Positions 1-10,364 of a stretch of DNA of 64,000 nucleotides are shown one piece after another. The notes beneath the pieces were generated by a model that did no database searches, was not told where the DNA came from, and was given only the letters and a program-made list of their open reading frames with translations. The position numbers and the translations under genes were made by a program. The stretch comes from an uncultured Chloroflexia bacterium. GTDB lineage: Bacteria > Chloroflexota > Anaerolineae > B4-G1 > SLSP01. The stretch spans positions 288,001-352,000 of the forward strand of contig CAVVUS010000030.1 of assembly GCA_963751345.1 (NCBI GenBank), read 5' to 3'. Every line of letters starts with the position of its first letter. Positions within the stretch are counted from its first letter, which is position 1.

Positions 1-2789
1 ACCTCGACCCCGAACCGCGCCTGCAAGTAGGCCTGAAGCGGGTGTCCCATCTCGCGGAACTGGGTAAAGATGAGCGCACGATCGCCCACGTCCAGGGCCT
101 CCTCCAGCATCTCCACCAGGCGCTCCAGTTTTCCGGAACGCCCTCCCAAAGGCGATCCGTCGCCAAGATACTGAGCCGGATGATTGCATACCTGCTTCAG
201 CCTCAGCAACATGCGCAGAATCGCGCCACGGCGTGCGATTTGCGGCTGCTCCTCAGCCTCGGCATCCTCGACGGCGCGCAGTTGCTCCTCGACGACCGCC
301 TGATAGAGCGTGACCTGTTCCTGGGTCAGGGAGCAGTAAACCTTCATCTCCAGCTTATCGGGGAGGTCTTGAATGACGGAGGGATCTGTCTTGACGCGGC
401 GGAGGATGAAGGGTTCCACCAGTTTCCGCAGCTTGGCGGTCGCGTCAGGATCCTGGTAGCGCTCGATCGGTAGCGCGTAGGTTTTGCGGAATCGTTGCTG
501 CGACCCCAGTAGGCCGGGATTAAGGAACTGCATCATCGACCACAATTCCGAGAGGCGATTCTCCACCGGCGTGCCCGTCAACGCGCAACGGTTGTATGCG
601 CCCAGGCTGCGTACGGCTCGTGTCTGCTTGGCTTCAGGATTCTTGATGTTCTGCGCCTCGTCGAGGATAACGTCGCTCCACATCACCTCGGACAGGGTAT
701 CGACGTCCCGCCGGACCAGGCCATAGGTGGTGATCACGACGTCGTACTCTTTCGCCGCCTCGACCAGGGCCGCTCCGCGGTCGCGCTCCCCGCCGTGGTG
801 TAAGAGCACGCGCAGCCCCGGCGCGAACCGCGCGATCTCACGCTTCCAGTTGCCCACTACCGACGTCGGGCACACAAGCAGGGCGGGGGGCAGCGGCGTC
901 TCGGCGTGCTCGCGGGCGTTGAGTAGAAGCGCGATCGCCTGGATGGTCTTTCCGAGGCCCATGTCATCGGCGAGACAAGCGCCCAGCCCCCAGCGACGCA
1001 TGAAGCCCAACCATGACGCGCCCCGCAATTGATAGGGCCGCAATTGTCCCACGAACCCCTCGGGAGCGGGCACCATCGCCACGTGCTCACCCGCCTGCAG
1101 ATCCGCCAACAGCTCGCCGATCGCGCCTGAGACCTCCACAGACTGCACCGGCAAGCCCTCTACCTCGGCGGATGCGCCGAGCACGATGCCCAGCGCGTCG
1201 CGCACCGTCATCTCGCGCTGCCGCCGGCGCTCCCAGAAGGCGATCGCAGTCTCCACCTCATCGGGCTGCAGCAATACCCACTGCCCGCGAACCTGGACCA
1301 GCGGCATCTTCAGGGCCACCAGACGCTCAAACTCCTCCTGTGAAAGGGGAGTATCGCCGAGCGCGAGCTCCCACTCGAACGCAACCAGCGCGTCCATGGA
1401 GAGAATGCCTGCGCTGGTCCCGCTCTGGTCCGATTTGACCTTCGCTCGCACACCCAGCTTGGCAGGTTTGGACCACCAGGGTGGCACGAGCGCCCCGAAC
1501 CCGCTGCCCTCCAGCAGAGGCCCCACCTCGCGCAAGAACGCATAGGCCTCCTCCGTGGTCAACTCGCACGACGCCGGACGCGCTGTGCGCAGGCTCCTAA
1601 GCACGGGAGGGAAAAGCCGTGCCGCCGCGCCGAGCCCGGCGAGTACGCGTTCCTGAGCCTGCTCAAAACGATAGCTCAGATACTCCAGCGTGCCGCCGCG
1701 GGCTTGCCACACCCTATCCAAGGACACAAGCAGGCTAGGATCATCGTGCGCCTGCAGAAGATAAGTCAGCTCCCAGTGAGGCTTGGTTACGCGCCCGGTG
1801 CCGGCGTCCACCTCAGGTGGCTCCAGGCGGAAGCAGAGCCTGAAGGTAGCCTGGTCACCGCCACGCAGTTGAGCCAGCCACGCCTGATGGGCCTCATGAA
1901 GTGCAGCGAGATTGCGCCGCAGCCCAGCCGGAACGGCGATACTGCCATCGGGCGCCCACAGCGCGGTCCACCATAACCCGGCGGCACCCTCCGGTGCCTT
2001 GCGTCGACGGTCGAGACGGGAGGCGCCCCAGTCGCGCACCGCCCTGTCCACCAACTGCTCCAGAAACGCCATCAGCAACCCCGCGGGAGCAGGCGCCTGG
2101 GCAGGATCGGGGACCGCCTTGAGCTCAAACAGCGCGCGACACACCGAGGGCATCGCCTTGGCGAGCGCATCCAGCCTCGCCTTGTCTTCGGGGCGGTCGA
2201 GCACCGGAAGCCAGACAGCACGGTAGCGGCCCTCTCTCTCGTGCAGCCCGGGCAGATAGGCTTGCTGCGCCAACAACGCCAGCCCCAGCTTAGCGACCGC
2301 GCTCCAGTACAGCAGATCCTGTCCCCAGCCACGCTGCGCTCCAGCCGAAGGCACCGTGACCAGAAGGTCGAGAGCGTCGAGGACGTCCACAGAGAGACCC
2401 GCCACCTTCCAGGGAGCCAGTGCCGCCTTCTCCTCATCCTCGGAGGTCTCTTCAGCAACTGAGAACCAGGGCGGCAGAAGAGGCCGTTCGCGCACGGTCG
2501 GCAGGAACATGCCCCACGCCCGCTCAACTGCCGCATCCCACGCCCCAGCCGGGCGCAGGCGGGCCAACGCCACACGCAGGTCACCCGATGAACTCACACA
2601 GGGATGCCGGGGCACCTTGGCGCGGCGCCCACGGGACCGGACAACGGGGGTCGACGATTCGGCCCAGAGGAAGAAGGACTCACCGGACCATGTCCCATGC
2701 AACACCAAATCCGGAGGGACTTTCCCCTCGGCCTCTGAATAGGATTCCAACTCTGCCTCGACCGGAAGCGACACGAATAGCCTTTCCAT
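1..2789 (-). CDS. SNF2/SWI2-family DEAD/DEAH helicase (3' end runs off the window; possible indel ~1.7 kb)
   Basis: Manual minus-strand translation (not in the ORF track): N-term VLHGTWSGESFFLWAE, LRPYQ, motif I LADDMGLGKT, motif II LDEAQNIKN, ALTGTPVENRLSELWS, FILRRVK, LKQVCNHP, ALIFTQF. Start ATG at 2789 is tentative; a TATAAT lies at 2833-2828 (-). Confidence 0.92.
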   Translation of the reverse strand, partial: MERLFVSLPVEAELESYSEAEGKVPPDLVLHGTWSGESFFLWAESSTPVVRSRGRRAKVPRHPCVSSSGDLRVALARLRPAGAWDAAVERAWGMFLPTVRERPLLPPWFSVAEETSEDEEKAALAPWKVAGLSVDVLDALDLLVTVPSAGAQRGWGQDLLYWSAVAKLGLALLAQQAYLPGLHEREGRYRAVWLPVLDRPEDKARLDALAKAMPSVCRALFELKAVPDPAQAPAPAGLLMAFLEQLVDRAVRDWGASRLDRRRKAPEGAAGLWWTALWAPDGSIAVPAGLRRNLAALHEAHQAWLAQLRGGDQATFRLCFRLEPPEVDAGTGRVTKPHWELTYLLQAHDDPSLLVSLDRVWQARGGTLEYLSYRFEQAQERVLAGLGAAARLFPPVLRSLRTARPASCELTTEEAYAFLREVGPLLEGSGFGALVPPWWSKPAKLGVRAKVKSDQSGTSAGILSMDALVAFEWELALGDTPLSQEEFERLVALKMPLVQVRGQWVLLQPDEVETAIAFWERRRQREMTVRDALGIVLGASAEVEGLPVQSVEVSGAIGELLADLQAGEHVAMVPAPEGFVGQLRPYQLRGASWLGFMRRWGLGACLADDMGLGKTIQAIALLLNAREHAETPLPPALLVCPTSVVGNWKREIARFAPGLRVLLHHGGERDRGAALVEAAKEYDVVITTYGLVRRDVDTLSEVMWSDVILDEAQNIKNPEAKQTRAVRSLGAYNRCALTGTPVENRLSELWSMMQFLNPGLLGSQQRFRKTYALPIERYQDPDATAKLRKLVEPFILRRVKTDPSVIQDLPDKLEMKVYCSLTQEQVTLYQAVVEEQLRAVEDAEAEEQPQIARRGAILRMLLRLKQVCNHPAQYLGDGSPLGGRSGKLERLVEMLEEALDVGDRALIFTQFREMGHPLQAYLQARFGVE

Positions 2790-3000
2790 CCACGACCGGC
2801 ACCACCAAAAGGGACGCAGATAGTGCCATTATAGCGCATCCGGAGGCATGCTATCGAGGAGTTCTGACTCCGTGAGACGGCGCGCCGAGCCGAACTCTCG
2901 TGCGTAACGCTTGCTCCCTTCGGGGCGAAGGACCTCCACTGCCCTGCCGGGATGGCAGACCCCACAGCCTCATTATGTACCCAACGAGGACGGTTGTGCC

Positions 3001-3121
3001 TCAACGATCGGCGTAACCCCTCTCCACCCAAAGCGGAGCACGCTCACGCTCGAGGTCATCTGAATGTGGAGCGGAAGATCCACGCTGCAGCGATGAAAGC
3101 CACTGGATTTTCGTTTACGCT
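3001..3121 (+). promoter_or_regulatory. Conserved promoter element, copy A (two dyads + -10 TACGCT)
   Basis: CTCCAC-N5-GCGGAG (3022-3038), GTGGAG-N6-ATCCAC (3066-3083), 32 nt, TACGCT (3116-3121). Aligns by eye with copies at 8608-8729 and 17640-17760. Confidence 0.7.
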
Positions 3122-3367
3122 GAGAAAGGCAAGTAGTGTGATGCTCACACCGCCGCCGACGGCGCGAGGAGCGAAAGGAGCGTTTGTCCGCAGTTTATGT
3201 ATTTGGCGATTCCGTTGACAAGGGCTGACAGCCAAGTCACGTGGGCGCAGTTCGCGATCTTTCAGTCGGGTATGCTTGGGCGATTTTGTCGCCAGTCCTG
3301 GGCCAATAGGCCCGGTAGGATCGGGCAAGTTGCGGTACAGACAGTATGAAAACAGAGGAGGTTATCT

Positions 3368-3821
3368 GTGGTACGTAAACTGATGTCCATCGGCATTGCA
3401 GGTATCTTGATTCTATTGGTCGTAGGCACCATCGTGCAAGCTCCGCCAGTGTTGGCCGGATTCACACCGACCCCCACGCCCACCGCCACGGCCACCGCTA
3501 CGGCCACGGCTACGGCCACCGCTACGGCCACAGCCACGCACCGCTACGGCTACAGCCACGGCGACCGCCGCACCGGCCACCACCGCACCGCCCACCGCCG
3601 CACCGCCCGCCACGGCTGTCTCACCAACCGTCACGCCAACTGTCACACCAGCTATCACGCCAACCGCCACGCCGGCGCCGCTTCTACCGGACACGGGCGG
3701 AGCGGCAGATGGGCCGAGCAATGCTCAGATTATCATCGTAGCCCTGGCCGGCGTGCTGCTCTTGCTTCTCGCTGCCATCAGCCTGGTCGTCCTCAAATCG
3801 GCCAGAACAAGAAACGGATAG
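3368..3821 (+). CDS. Small secreted Thr/Ala/Pro-repeat protein with C-terminal LPDTG sortase signal (frameshift ~3538)
   Basis: Signal peptide, then TPTPTP(TA)n. In the shifted frame: ...PAPLLPDTGG...IIIVALAGVLLLLLAAISLVVLKSARTRNG* (TAG 3819-3821), i.e. LPXTG + TM helix + basic tail. RBS GAGGAGG upstream. Confidence 0.75.
3470..3570 (+). repeat. Coding hexanucleotide-unit tandem repeat (ACN-GCN)n = (Thr-Ala)n
   Basis: acg gcc acc gct acg gcc acg gct acg gcc acc gct..., more than 10 units. Confidence 0.85.
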
Positions 3822-3836
3822 AGGAGGAGGTGTTCA

Positions 3837-5615
3837 ATGTTGCGTAAACGATCGATTGCCCGACTTGTCGCACTGACCATCATTGTCTCACTCGCCGCAT
3901 TGCCTTCCGCGGCGGCGCCCACGGCCACCTCGCCACCACTGAACACGGCGGATAGTTTTGTCGTTCTCGCCGGAACGGCAATCACCGACATTCCAACTTC
4001 TGCCATAACTGGGGATGTTGGGTTGAGTCCCGGCGCCGGGAGCAACTATGCCGGGCTAACGGCAGCAGAAGTAACCGGCACGATCTATGCCGTGGATGCG
4101 TCCGGCCCAGCCGGTTCAGTCGTTAACCCGGCCTTGTTGACCACCGCAAAGACCGACTTGGTCGCTGCGTATGGTGCACTCGCCGGCCAAGGTTGCGATA
4201 CCACCTACGGTGGTGTTCAGGATCTGGTTGGACTAACCCTCGTGCCAGGCGTCTACTGTGCGGATGCCTTTGAGTTATCGGGAACGCTCACTCTCAACGG
4301 GGCCAACACTGATGTTTGGGTGTTCAAGTCAGCGAGCACACTCATTACCTCCGGCACTGCCAACGTTGTACTTTCTACGGGCGGGGTGCCCTGCGACGTG
4401 TGGTGGCAGGTCGGCAGTTCGGCGACACTTGGCACGAACACTTCGCTGGCGGGCAACATCCTCGCCCTCACCAGCATCAGCCTGGCGACGGGAGCAAACT
4501 TGGACGGTCGGGCCCTGGCGCAAAATGCTGCAGTGACGATGGACTCCAACACCATCACCCTACCCATCTGCGCTTTGGCTGTGCCAGTCATTACCACAGA
4601 GATTCACGACAACGACCATGTGGAGGTGATCTTCGCCCAGATCGATACCGTCGTGCATGACATGGCGACGGTAGCCGGCACGCAGGGCATCACGCCCACG
4701 GGGACCGTTACCTTCACGGTCTACGCTAACCCGACCTGCGCTGCGCCCGGTACCTTCGCCGGGGCGGTGCCACTGAACGGGTTGGGTGTGGCAGACCCCA
4801 GCTATACGGCGACCCTGACCAGCGCCGGGCTGTCTTACCTGGCACACTACAGCGGGGATGCTACCTACGATCCGGCCGATGGCCCGTGTGAGGTTCTGGT
4901 CGCCCCGGGCATGCCAAGGATTACCACTGCGATCCACGACGCCAACAATGCAGAGGTGTTCGCTGCCCCGGTTGGTACCATGGTGCATGACACAGCGACG
5001 GTGACCGGCACCCTTGGCACACCTACGGGGACTGTTACCTTCACGGTCTACGCTAACCAGGCTTGCTCTGCGCCCGGTACCTTCGCCGGGGCGGTGCAAC
5101 TGGACGGGTTGGGTGTGGCAGACCCCAGCTATACGGCGACACTGACCAGCGCCGGGCTATCTTACCTGGCACACTACAGCGGGGATGCTACCTACGATCC
5201 GGCCGATGGCCCGTGTGAGGTGCTCCGCGCTCTACCGACGGCGGTGGAGTTGCTCTATTTCCAGGCCAACCCGCTGAGCGGCCAACAGGTGCAGCTGAAG
5301 TGGGCCACGGCGCTGGAGGTGGATAACTTCGGCTTCAACCTGTACCGTGCTAACGTCAATGATGTTGCAGTGGCGCGCGCCGGCGGACCGGTTCACTTTG
5401 AGCCGGCGGTCACGCAGGGCAGTGGCTCAGGCGCGACCTATGCCTACGTCGATACTGTTCCGACCGCTGGTCCCTGGTGGTACTGGCTATCCGATGTGGA
5501 TACCCACGGACTCGAAACGTTTCACGGCACGCCGATAAACACCACCGTACAATCCGGCCTCAGCTTACCGTTCCATGTCTATATGCCGCTAGCCGCAATA
5601 GGGAGCGGACATTGA
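3837..5615 (+). CDS. Ice-binding-like protein (DUF3494) with two Ig-like repeats and a C-terminal PTAVEL.../VYMP tail
   Basis: Signal peptide. DUF3494 hallmarks FVVLAGTAIT..ITGDVGLSPG, TLVPGVY, VWVFK, VWWQVGSSATLGTNTSLAGNILALTSISL, GRALAQNAAVTMDSNTI. Two ~109-aa repeats follow. Confidence 0.9.
   Translation: MLRKRSIARLVALTIIVSLAALPSAAAPTATSPPLNTADSFVVLAGTAITDIPTSAITGDVGLSPGAGSNYAGLTAAEVTGTIYAVDASGPAGSVVNPALLTTAKTDLVAAYGALAGQGCDTTYGGVQDLVGLTLVPGVYCADAFELSGTLTLNGANTDVWVFKSASTLITSGTANVVLSTGGVPCDVWWQVGSSATLGTNTSLAGNILALTSISLATGANLDGRALAQNAAVTMDSNTITLPICALAVPVITTEIHDNDHVEVIFAQIDTVVHDMATVAGTQGITPTGTVTFTVYANPTCAAPGTFAGAVPLNGLGVADPSYTATLTSAGLSYLAHYSGDATYDPADGPCEVLVAPGMPRITTAIHDANNAEVFAAPVGTMVHDTATVTGTLGTPTGTVTFTVYANQACSAPGTFAGAVQLDGLGVADPSYTATLTSAGLSYLAHYSGDATYDPADGPCEVLRALPTAVELLYFQANPLSGQQVQLKWATALEVDNFGFNLYRANVNDVAVARAGGPVHFEPAVTQGSGSGATYAYVDTVPTAGPWWYWLSDVDTHGLETFHGTPINTTVQSGLSLPFHVYMPLAAIGSGH
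4589..5220 (+). repeat. Intragenic tandem duplication, period 327 bp
   Basis: 4700-4893 and 5027-5220 are nearly identical at nucleotide level (TVTFTVYAN...YLAHYSGDATYDPADGPCEV twice). Confidence 0.9.
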
Positions 5616-5661
5616 ACCTGACATCACAGAAATAGCCTGGCTTACGGAAAAGCGAGTAGCT

Positions 5662-8600
5662 ATGATCGGGCAGAGACTGACCCGCGCGACTTTGATGATG
5701 ACGCTATGGCGCGGGATGTGCGTGAGCCTGATTGCTCTGGGCAGCACGCCAGTCAGCAGCGTGGGCGGCGCAGGGTTGACCGCGCCGCCCACGCCGACGT
5801 TGCGCCCGACAGTGAGCGCCACGGCCACAGGACTGCACGTGGAGTGGCGCGTGCCCGAGGCGCAGGTGGTGACACGTGCCGACGGGTCCACCGTGGTGCA
5901 GCTGCCTGGCGCCACGCCAACCGCCCTGCCGGGCGCGCCGGCAGTCCCTTTCTTCTCAGCTTTGGTCGCGGTGCCGCCCGGCGCGCTGCCCACGCTGCGC
6001 GTGGTCTCGCTCGAAGAGACCGAGCGGCTGTTGCCCGGCCCCTTGGCATTGACTCCAATCCCTGAAGGCGTCCAGCGAGACACTGCCGGGCACATCGTTG
6101 GCGGCGACTTCGCCCCGGCTCTTTCGGCGCGATCCGCGCCAAGCAATATCGATGAACCCGTCGTGCTGGAGCCGGTGGGTGTAGTGCGCGGCGTGTCCCT
6201 GGCGCGGTTGGTGTTCTATCCCGCCCGGCCGACCCGGGCATATCCGCAGACGCACCTGCGCGTGACGACCTACGTGTATGTCACCCTCACATTCTCCGGA
6301 CAGCCCGATGACCCGCATCGGGCGATGCGAGCATCGGGCGACCCTGTGCTAGCCGCCCTGCGTGCAGCGGTTATCAACCCGACGCAGGTGCAGCCGGCGA
6401 CCGCCCCTATTCAGCCCCTACCGGTCGAACTCGCCTCCGGACTCCAAGGCAGTGACTCCGGCGCGTCCTGGATGATCGAAGTCAGCGCGCCCGGGATAAC
6501 CGCGCTCACGTATGCAGCCCTAGCTGAGAGCGGCTTCCCAGTGGGGGCCGTTAACCCGCATATGCTGCGCCTGACGCGCGGAGGACAGGAAATCGCCGTT
6601 GAATGGGACGGCAACGGGAACGCGAGCTTTGAACCGGGTGAACGGTTGCTTTTCTACGCCGCACCGCGCTTCAGCCGGTGGACGGCAACCGACATCTACA
6701 TCCTCTGGCACGATGGACGTCACACCGGGACTTGCGGATGCAGAGCCGGCCGGCGAACCCGGCCGGCCAGCCCCTGGGGAGTGCCTGGGTCGAGGCCACG
6801 GCCGAAGCCAATCAACTGTATACCCCGGATTGCTTCTGTGGGACGCTCCCGCCCGGCCGCGACGGCGACCGTTGGACGTGGGATGATCTGAAACGTGCCG
6901 GCCACGCCACCGCCGCGTATACGCTCGCCCTTCCCACTGTGGATGCGACGCAGCCGGCTACGCTGACCCTTTGGTTGATCGGCTACACCGATCTACCCGC
7001 GATCGCCCCCGATCATCGCGTGGCCGCCACCCTCAACACGACGGCACTGGGGGCCATGGAATGGAACGGGCGGCAAGCAATCACGGCCACTCTGCCCATC
7101 CCCCCGGGGCTGTTGCGTCCCACCAATACCTTGACGCTGACCCTGCCCGGTCTGCTCGGCGTATCTGTCGAGGGCGCGTGGCTGGATGCCTTTTCCATTC
7201 GCTATGCTCGCGGCGGCGCGCCCGTGGGCAACACGGTCAGTTTCACCGGGCAGCCCACGCCGCACACTTATGGGCTAACGCTCAGTGCCACGGCGGGCCT
7301 TCGTGCTTACGACGTCACGAACCCGGACCTGCCGCTCCGCTTGACGGGCATGATCACAGACGGGGACACCACCTCGTTGAGCGATCCGCCGGTGGGCGGG
7401 CAACACCGCTACGCGTTGACGACGGACAGTGGCGTGCTATCCCCCGTAAGCGTGCGCCCGGTACAAACGCTGCAGGCGACCGGCGGCGCCGACTATGTGC
7501 TCATCGCGCCGGCCGACTTTGTCCCCGCGCTGGACGACTTGGTCGCGCTACGACGTGCACAGGGGCTGACCGTCGCCGTAACCGCCGTGCAAGCCATCTA
7601 TGATACCTTTGGGGACGGGCGACCGGATCCCGCCAGCATCCGCGCTTACTTGGCGCACGCTTATGCCACCTGGACGCCACGCCCCACCTATGTGCTGCTG
7701 GTCGGCGCGGGCAGCTTCGACCCGCGCCGCTATCGTGACGCCTCACCGCTCACGTGGGTTCCCCCGTACCTGGCCGACGTAGACCCGTGGGCCGGCGAAA
7801 CGGCTGCCGATAATCGCTACGTCACCGTGGATGGCCCGGATAATGTGCCGGATATGCTGATTGGCCGCTTGCCGGTCCGGACCTTGGGCGAGACGCAGAC
7901 CGTGGTGGCCAAAATCGTGCAGTACGAGACGCAGCCCCTCCCCGGTGGCTGGAATGGGGCGGTGACATTTGTAGCCGACGACGCGGATGGGGCGGGTGAC
8001 TTTGCGGCGGCATCCGATGCGCTGGCGTCCACCTATGTGACTGCACCCTTCACGGCGCAGCGCGTTTATTTCACGCCGCCGGCCACACCCCTAACAGCCA
8101 CTCAGCAGGCCGTGCTGAATGCTCTTAACGCCGGCGCGTTGCTGGTCCAGTACACCGGCCATTCATCGTGGCAACAGTGGGCTGCCGAGCGCCTATTCCA
8201 TTTGGACGATCTATCTGCGGTACACAACGACCGGCGCTGGCCAATCGTGCTCGAGATGACGTGCTTCACCGGCGCGTTTCACCGGCCGGAGCCCACACTG
8301 GACGTGGGATTACTCATACAGCAAGGCGGTGGCGCTGTGGCGACCTGGGGCGCGACCGGGTTGGGCGTGGGTACCGGCCACAACCTTCTGGCTGCGGGTT
8401 TCTTGCAAGCCGTTTTCAGCGATACGGTGCGCACAGTGGGAGAAGCTACTTTGACGGGGAAACTGTCTCTGGTCGCTGCCGGTCAGAATGGCGACTTGCT
8501 GGATACCTTTATGCTGTTGGGAGATCCGGCCCTGCAGATAAACAGGGCGATCGTCCCATGGGCCAGCCGGACCTACCTACCGTACGTGATGAGGCAGTAG
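5662..8600 (+). CDS. Peptidase C25 (gingipain/PorU-like) cysteine peptidase with propeptide (frameshift ~6720)
   Basis: Propeptide motif PGAPAVPFFSALVAVP. C25 motifs ADYVLIAP, IYDTFG, YVLLVGAGSFDP, PDMLIGRLPV, catalytic-like YTGHSS and MTCFTG, LLGDPAL. Ends RTYLPYVMRQ. Joined from ORFs 5662-6891 and 6678-8600. Confidence 0.88.
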
Positions 8601-8607
8601 GCCCATT

Positions 8608-8729
8608 GACTCAACAACACGCATCTTCCTCTCCACGCACAGTGGAGGCCACTCACACCCAGGTCGACAGAATGAGGAGCGGGAATTCCACGCTGCACCG
8701 ATAACAGCCGTCGCACTGGCATGTATGCT
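8608..8729 (+). promoter_or_regulatory. Conserved promoter element, copy C
   Basis: CTCCAC-N5-GTGGAG (8631-8647), GAGGAG-N6-TTCCAC (8674-8691), 32 nt, TATGCT (8724-8729). Confidence 0.7.
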
Positions 8730-8804
8730 GAATCATGTCCGTCGCGCGCCGGCAACATCGGGATCATCGGGTCTGCGATGACGGGCCGAATGAAAGGATG
8801 CTCT

Positions 8805-10290
8805 ATGAACACTAGGGGTCAGCACCACCAGGCTATTCTGCAAAGCCTCGCACACCGAGTGATGCTTGAGCGCGGTTTGTTGCCTGACTTTTCGGCTGAA
8901 GCACTCGCCGAACTGGACCGGATTCAGCTACCTGCCGTAGCTATGGATGGTGAGCTGGTGCGTGATCTAACTCACCGGCTATGGGCTTCGATAGATAACG
9001 ACGACTCCCGCGACCTCGATCAGATCACCGTAGCCGAGGCTGTGCCCATCAACAAAGTCAAGCTCCTGATAGCCATCGCGGACGTGGACGCGCTCGTCAA
9101 GACTGGGACAGCTATTGACGAGCACGCACGTCACAATACGACCTCGGTATATACCGCGGCCGAGATCTTCCCCATGCTGCCGGAGAAGCTATCGACAGAT
9201 CTCACCTCGCTCAACCTCAATGAGGAGCGCCTGGCTATCGTCGTTGAACTGGAATTGAGCGCGATCGGCTCACTTCTGAGTTCAGAGATCTACCGGGCAC
9301 GGGTCCGCAATCACGCGCAGTTGGCCTATGACAGCGTGGCCGCATGGTTGGAGGGTGGCGACGTGCCGGAAGCGGTCGCCGCCGTGGATGGACTGGCCGA
9401 GAATCTGCGGCTACAGGACCGGATAGCCCAAAAGATGCGGAATCTCCGGCATGTCCACGGAGCGCTGAGTTTGGAAACACTTGAGGCGAAACCGATCTTC
9501 GACGGTGAACAAATCCGCGATCTCGAAGTGCAAAACAAGAACCGCGCCACCGAGATCATCGAGGATTTCATGATCGCAGCCAACGGTGTTACCGCCCGCT
9601 ATCTCGCGTCCAAGAGCATTCCCTTCGATCCGACGGGTGGTCCGCGCGCCCAAACGCTGGGGCCGAATTGTCGAGCTGGCCAGGGAACATGAGTTCAGAC
9701 TACCGGATCATCCAGATTCAAAAGCGCTGGATAGGTTTCTCATCAAGGAGAAGGCCGCCGATCCGCTACGCTTCCCCGACCTATCCCTGGCGGTGATCAA
9801 GCTTCTCGGCGCGGGCGAATATGTAGCAGAGCTGCCCGATGAAGATGCTCCCGGACACTTTGGACTCGCGGTCAAGGACTATGCCCATTCGACCGCGCCG
9901 AACCGTCGCTATCCCGATCTGATCACACAACGCCTATTGAAGGCTGCTATGGCGTGTGGTGCCTGGCCCTACAGCGAGGATGAGCTGGACGCTCTGGCGA
10001 AACATTGCACCGAAGAAGAGGATGCCGCCAACAAGGTCGAACGGCAGGTCGGAAAATCTGCAGCGGCGCTGCTCCTTGAGTCGAAGATCGGCGAACGGTT
10101 TGACGCCATTGTCACGGGTGCTTCAGAGAAAGGTACCTGGGCCAGGCTGCTCAACATTCCGGTGGAAGGGAAGCTGATGCATGGCTTCGAGGGCCTGGAC
10201 GTCGGCGATCGGGTGCGCGTGCAACTGATATCGACCGACGTCGAGCGTGGCTTTATCGATTTCAAGAGGACGGGGCCTTCGAGGGATTAG
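8805..10290 (+). CDS. RNB-domain exoribonuclease (RNase II/R family, short form) with C-terminal S1-like domain (frameshift ~9620)
   Basis: SIDNDDSRDLDQ catalytic motif, IEDFMIAAN, GHFGLAVKDYAHSTAPNRRYPDLITQR. RBS GAAAGGA before ATG 8805. Confidence 0.9.
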
Positions 10291-10364
10291 GGCCATTGCA
10301 GCCGCTGCGGCTTTGGCGTTTTGTCGATGTTTGATACGCAAAGTTAAATGAAAGGATTACGATC

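Noticed and set aside
1-2789. SNF2 helicase as part of a defence system
   Set aside because: No methylase, nuclease or SWIM partner is visible in the window (downstream genes lie outside it), so this cannot be supported.
3001-3121. Riboswitch or ncRNA interpretation of the triplicated element
   Set aside because: The dyads lie upstream of the -10-like box, and substitutions disrupt pairing without compensation. It resembles no riboswitch I recognise.
3137-3151. CRP-like site GTGTGA-TGC-TCACAC
   Set aside because: The spacer is 3 nt rather than the 6 nt of CRP/FNR sites, and it occurs once.
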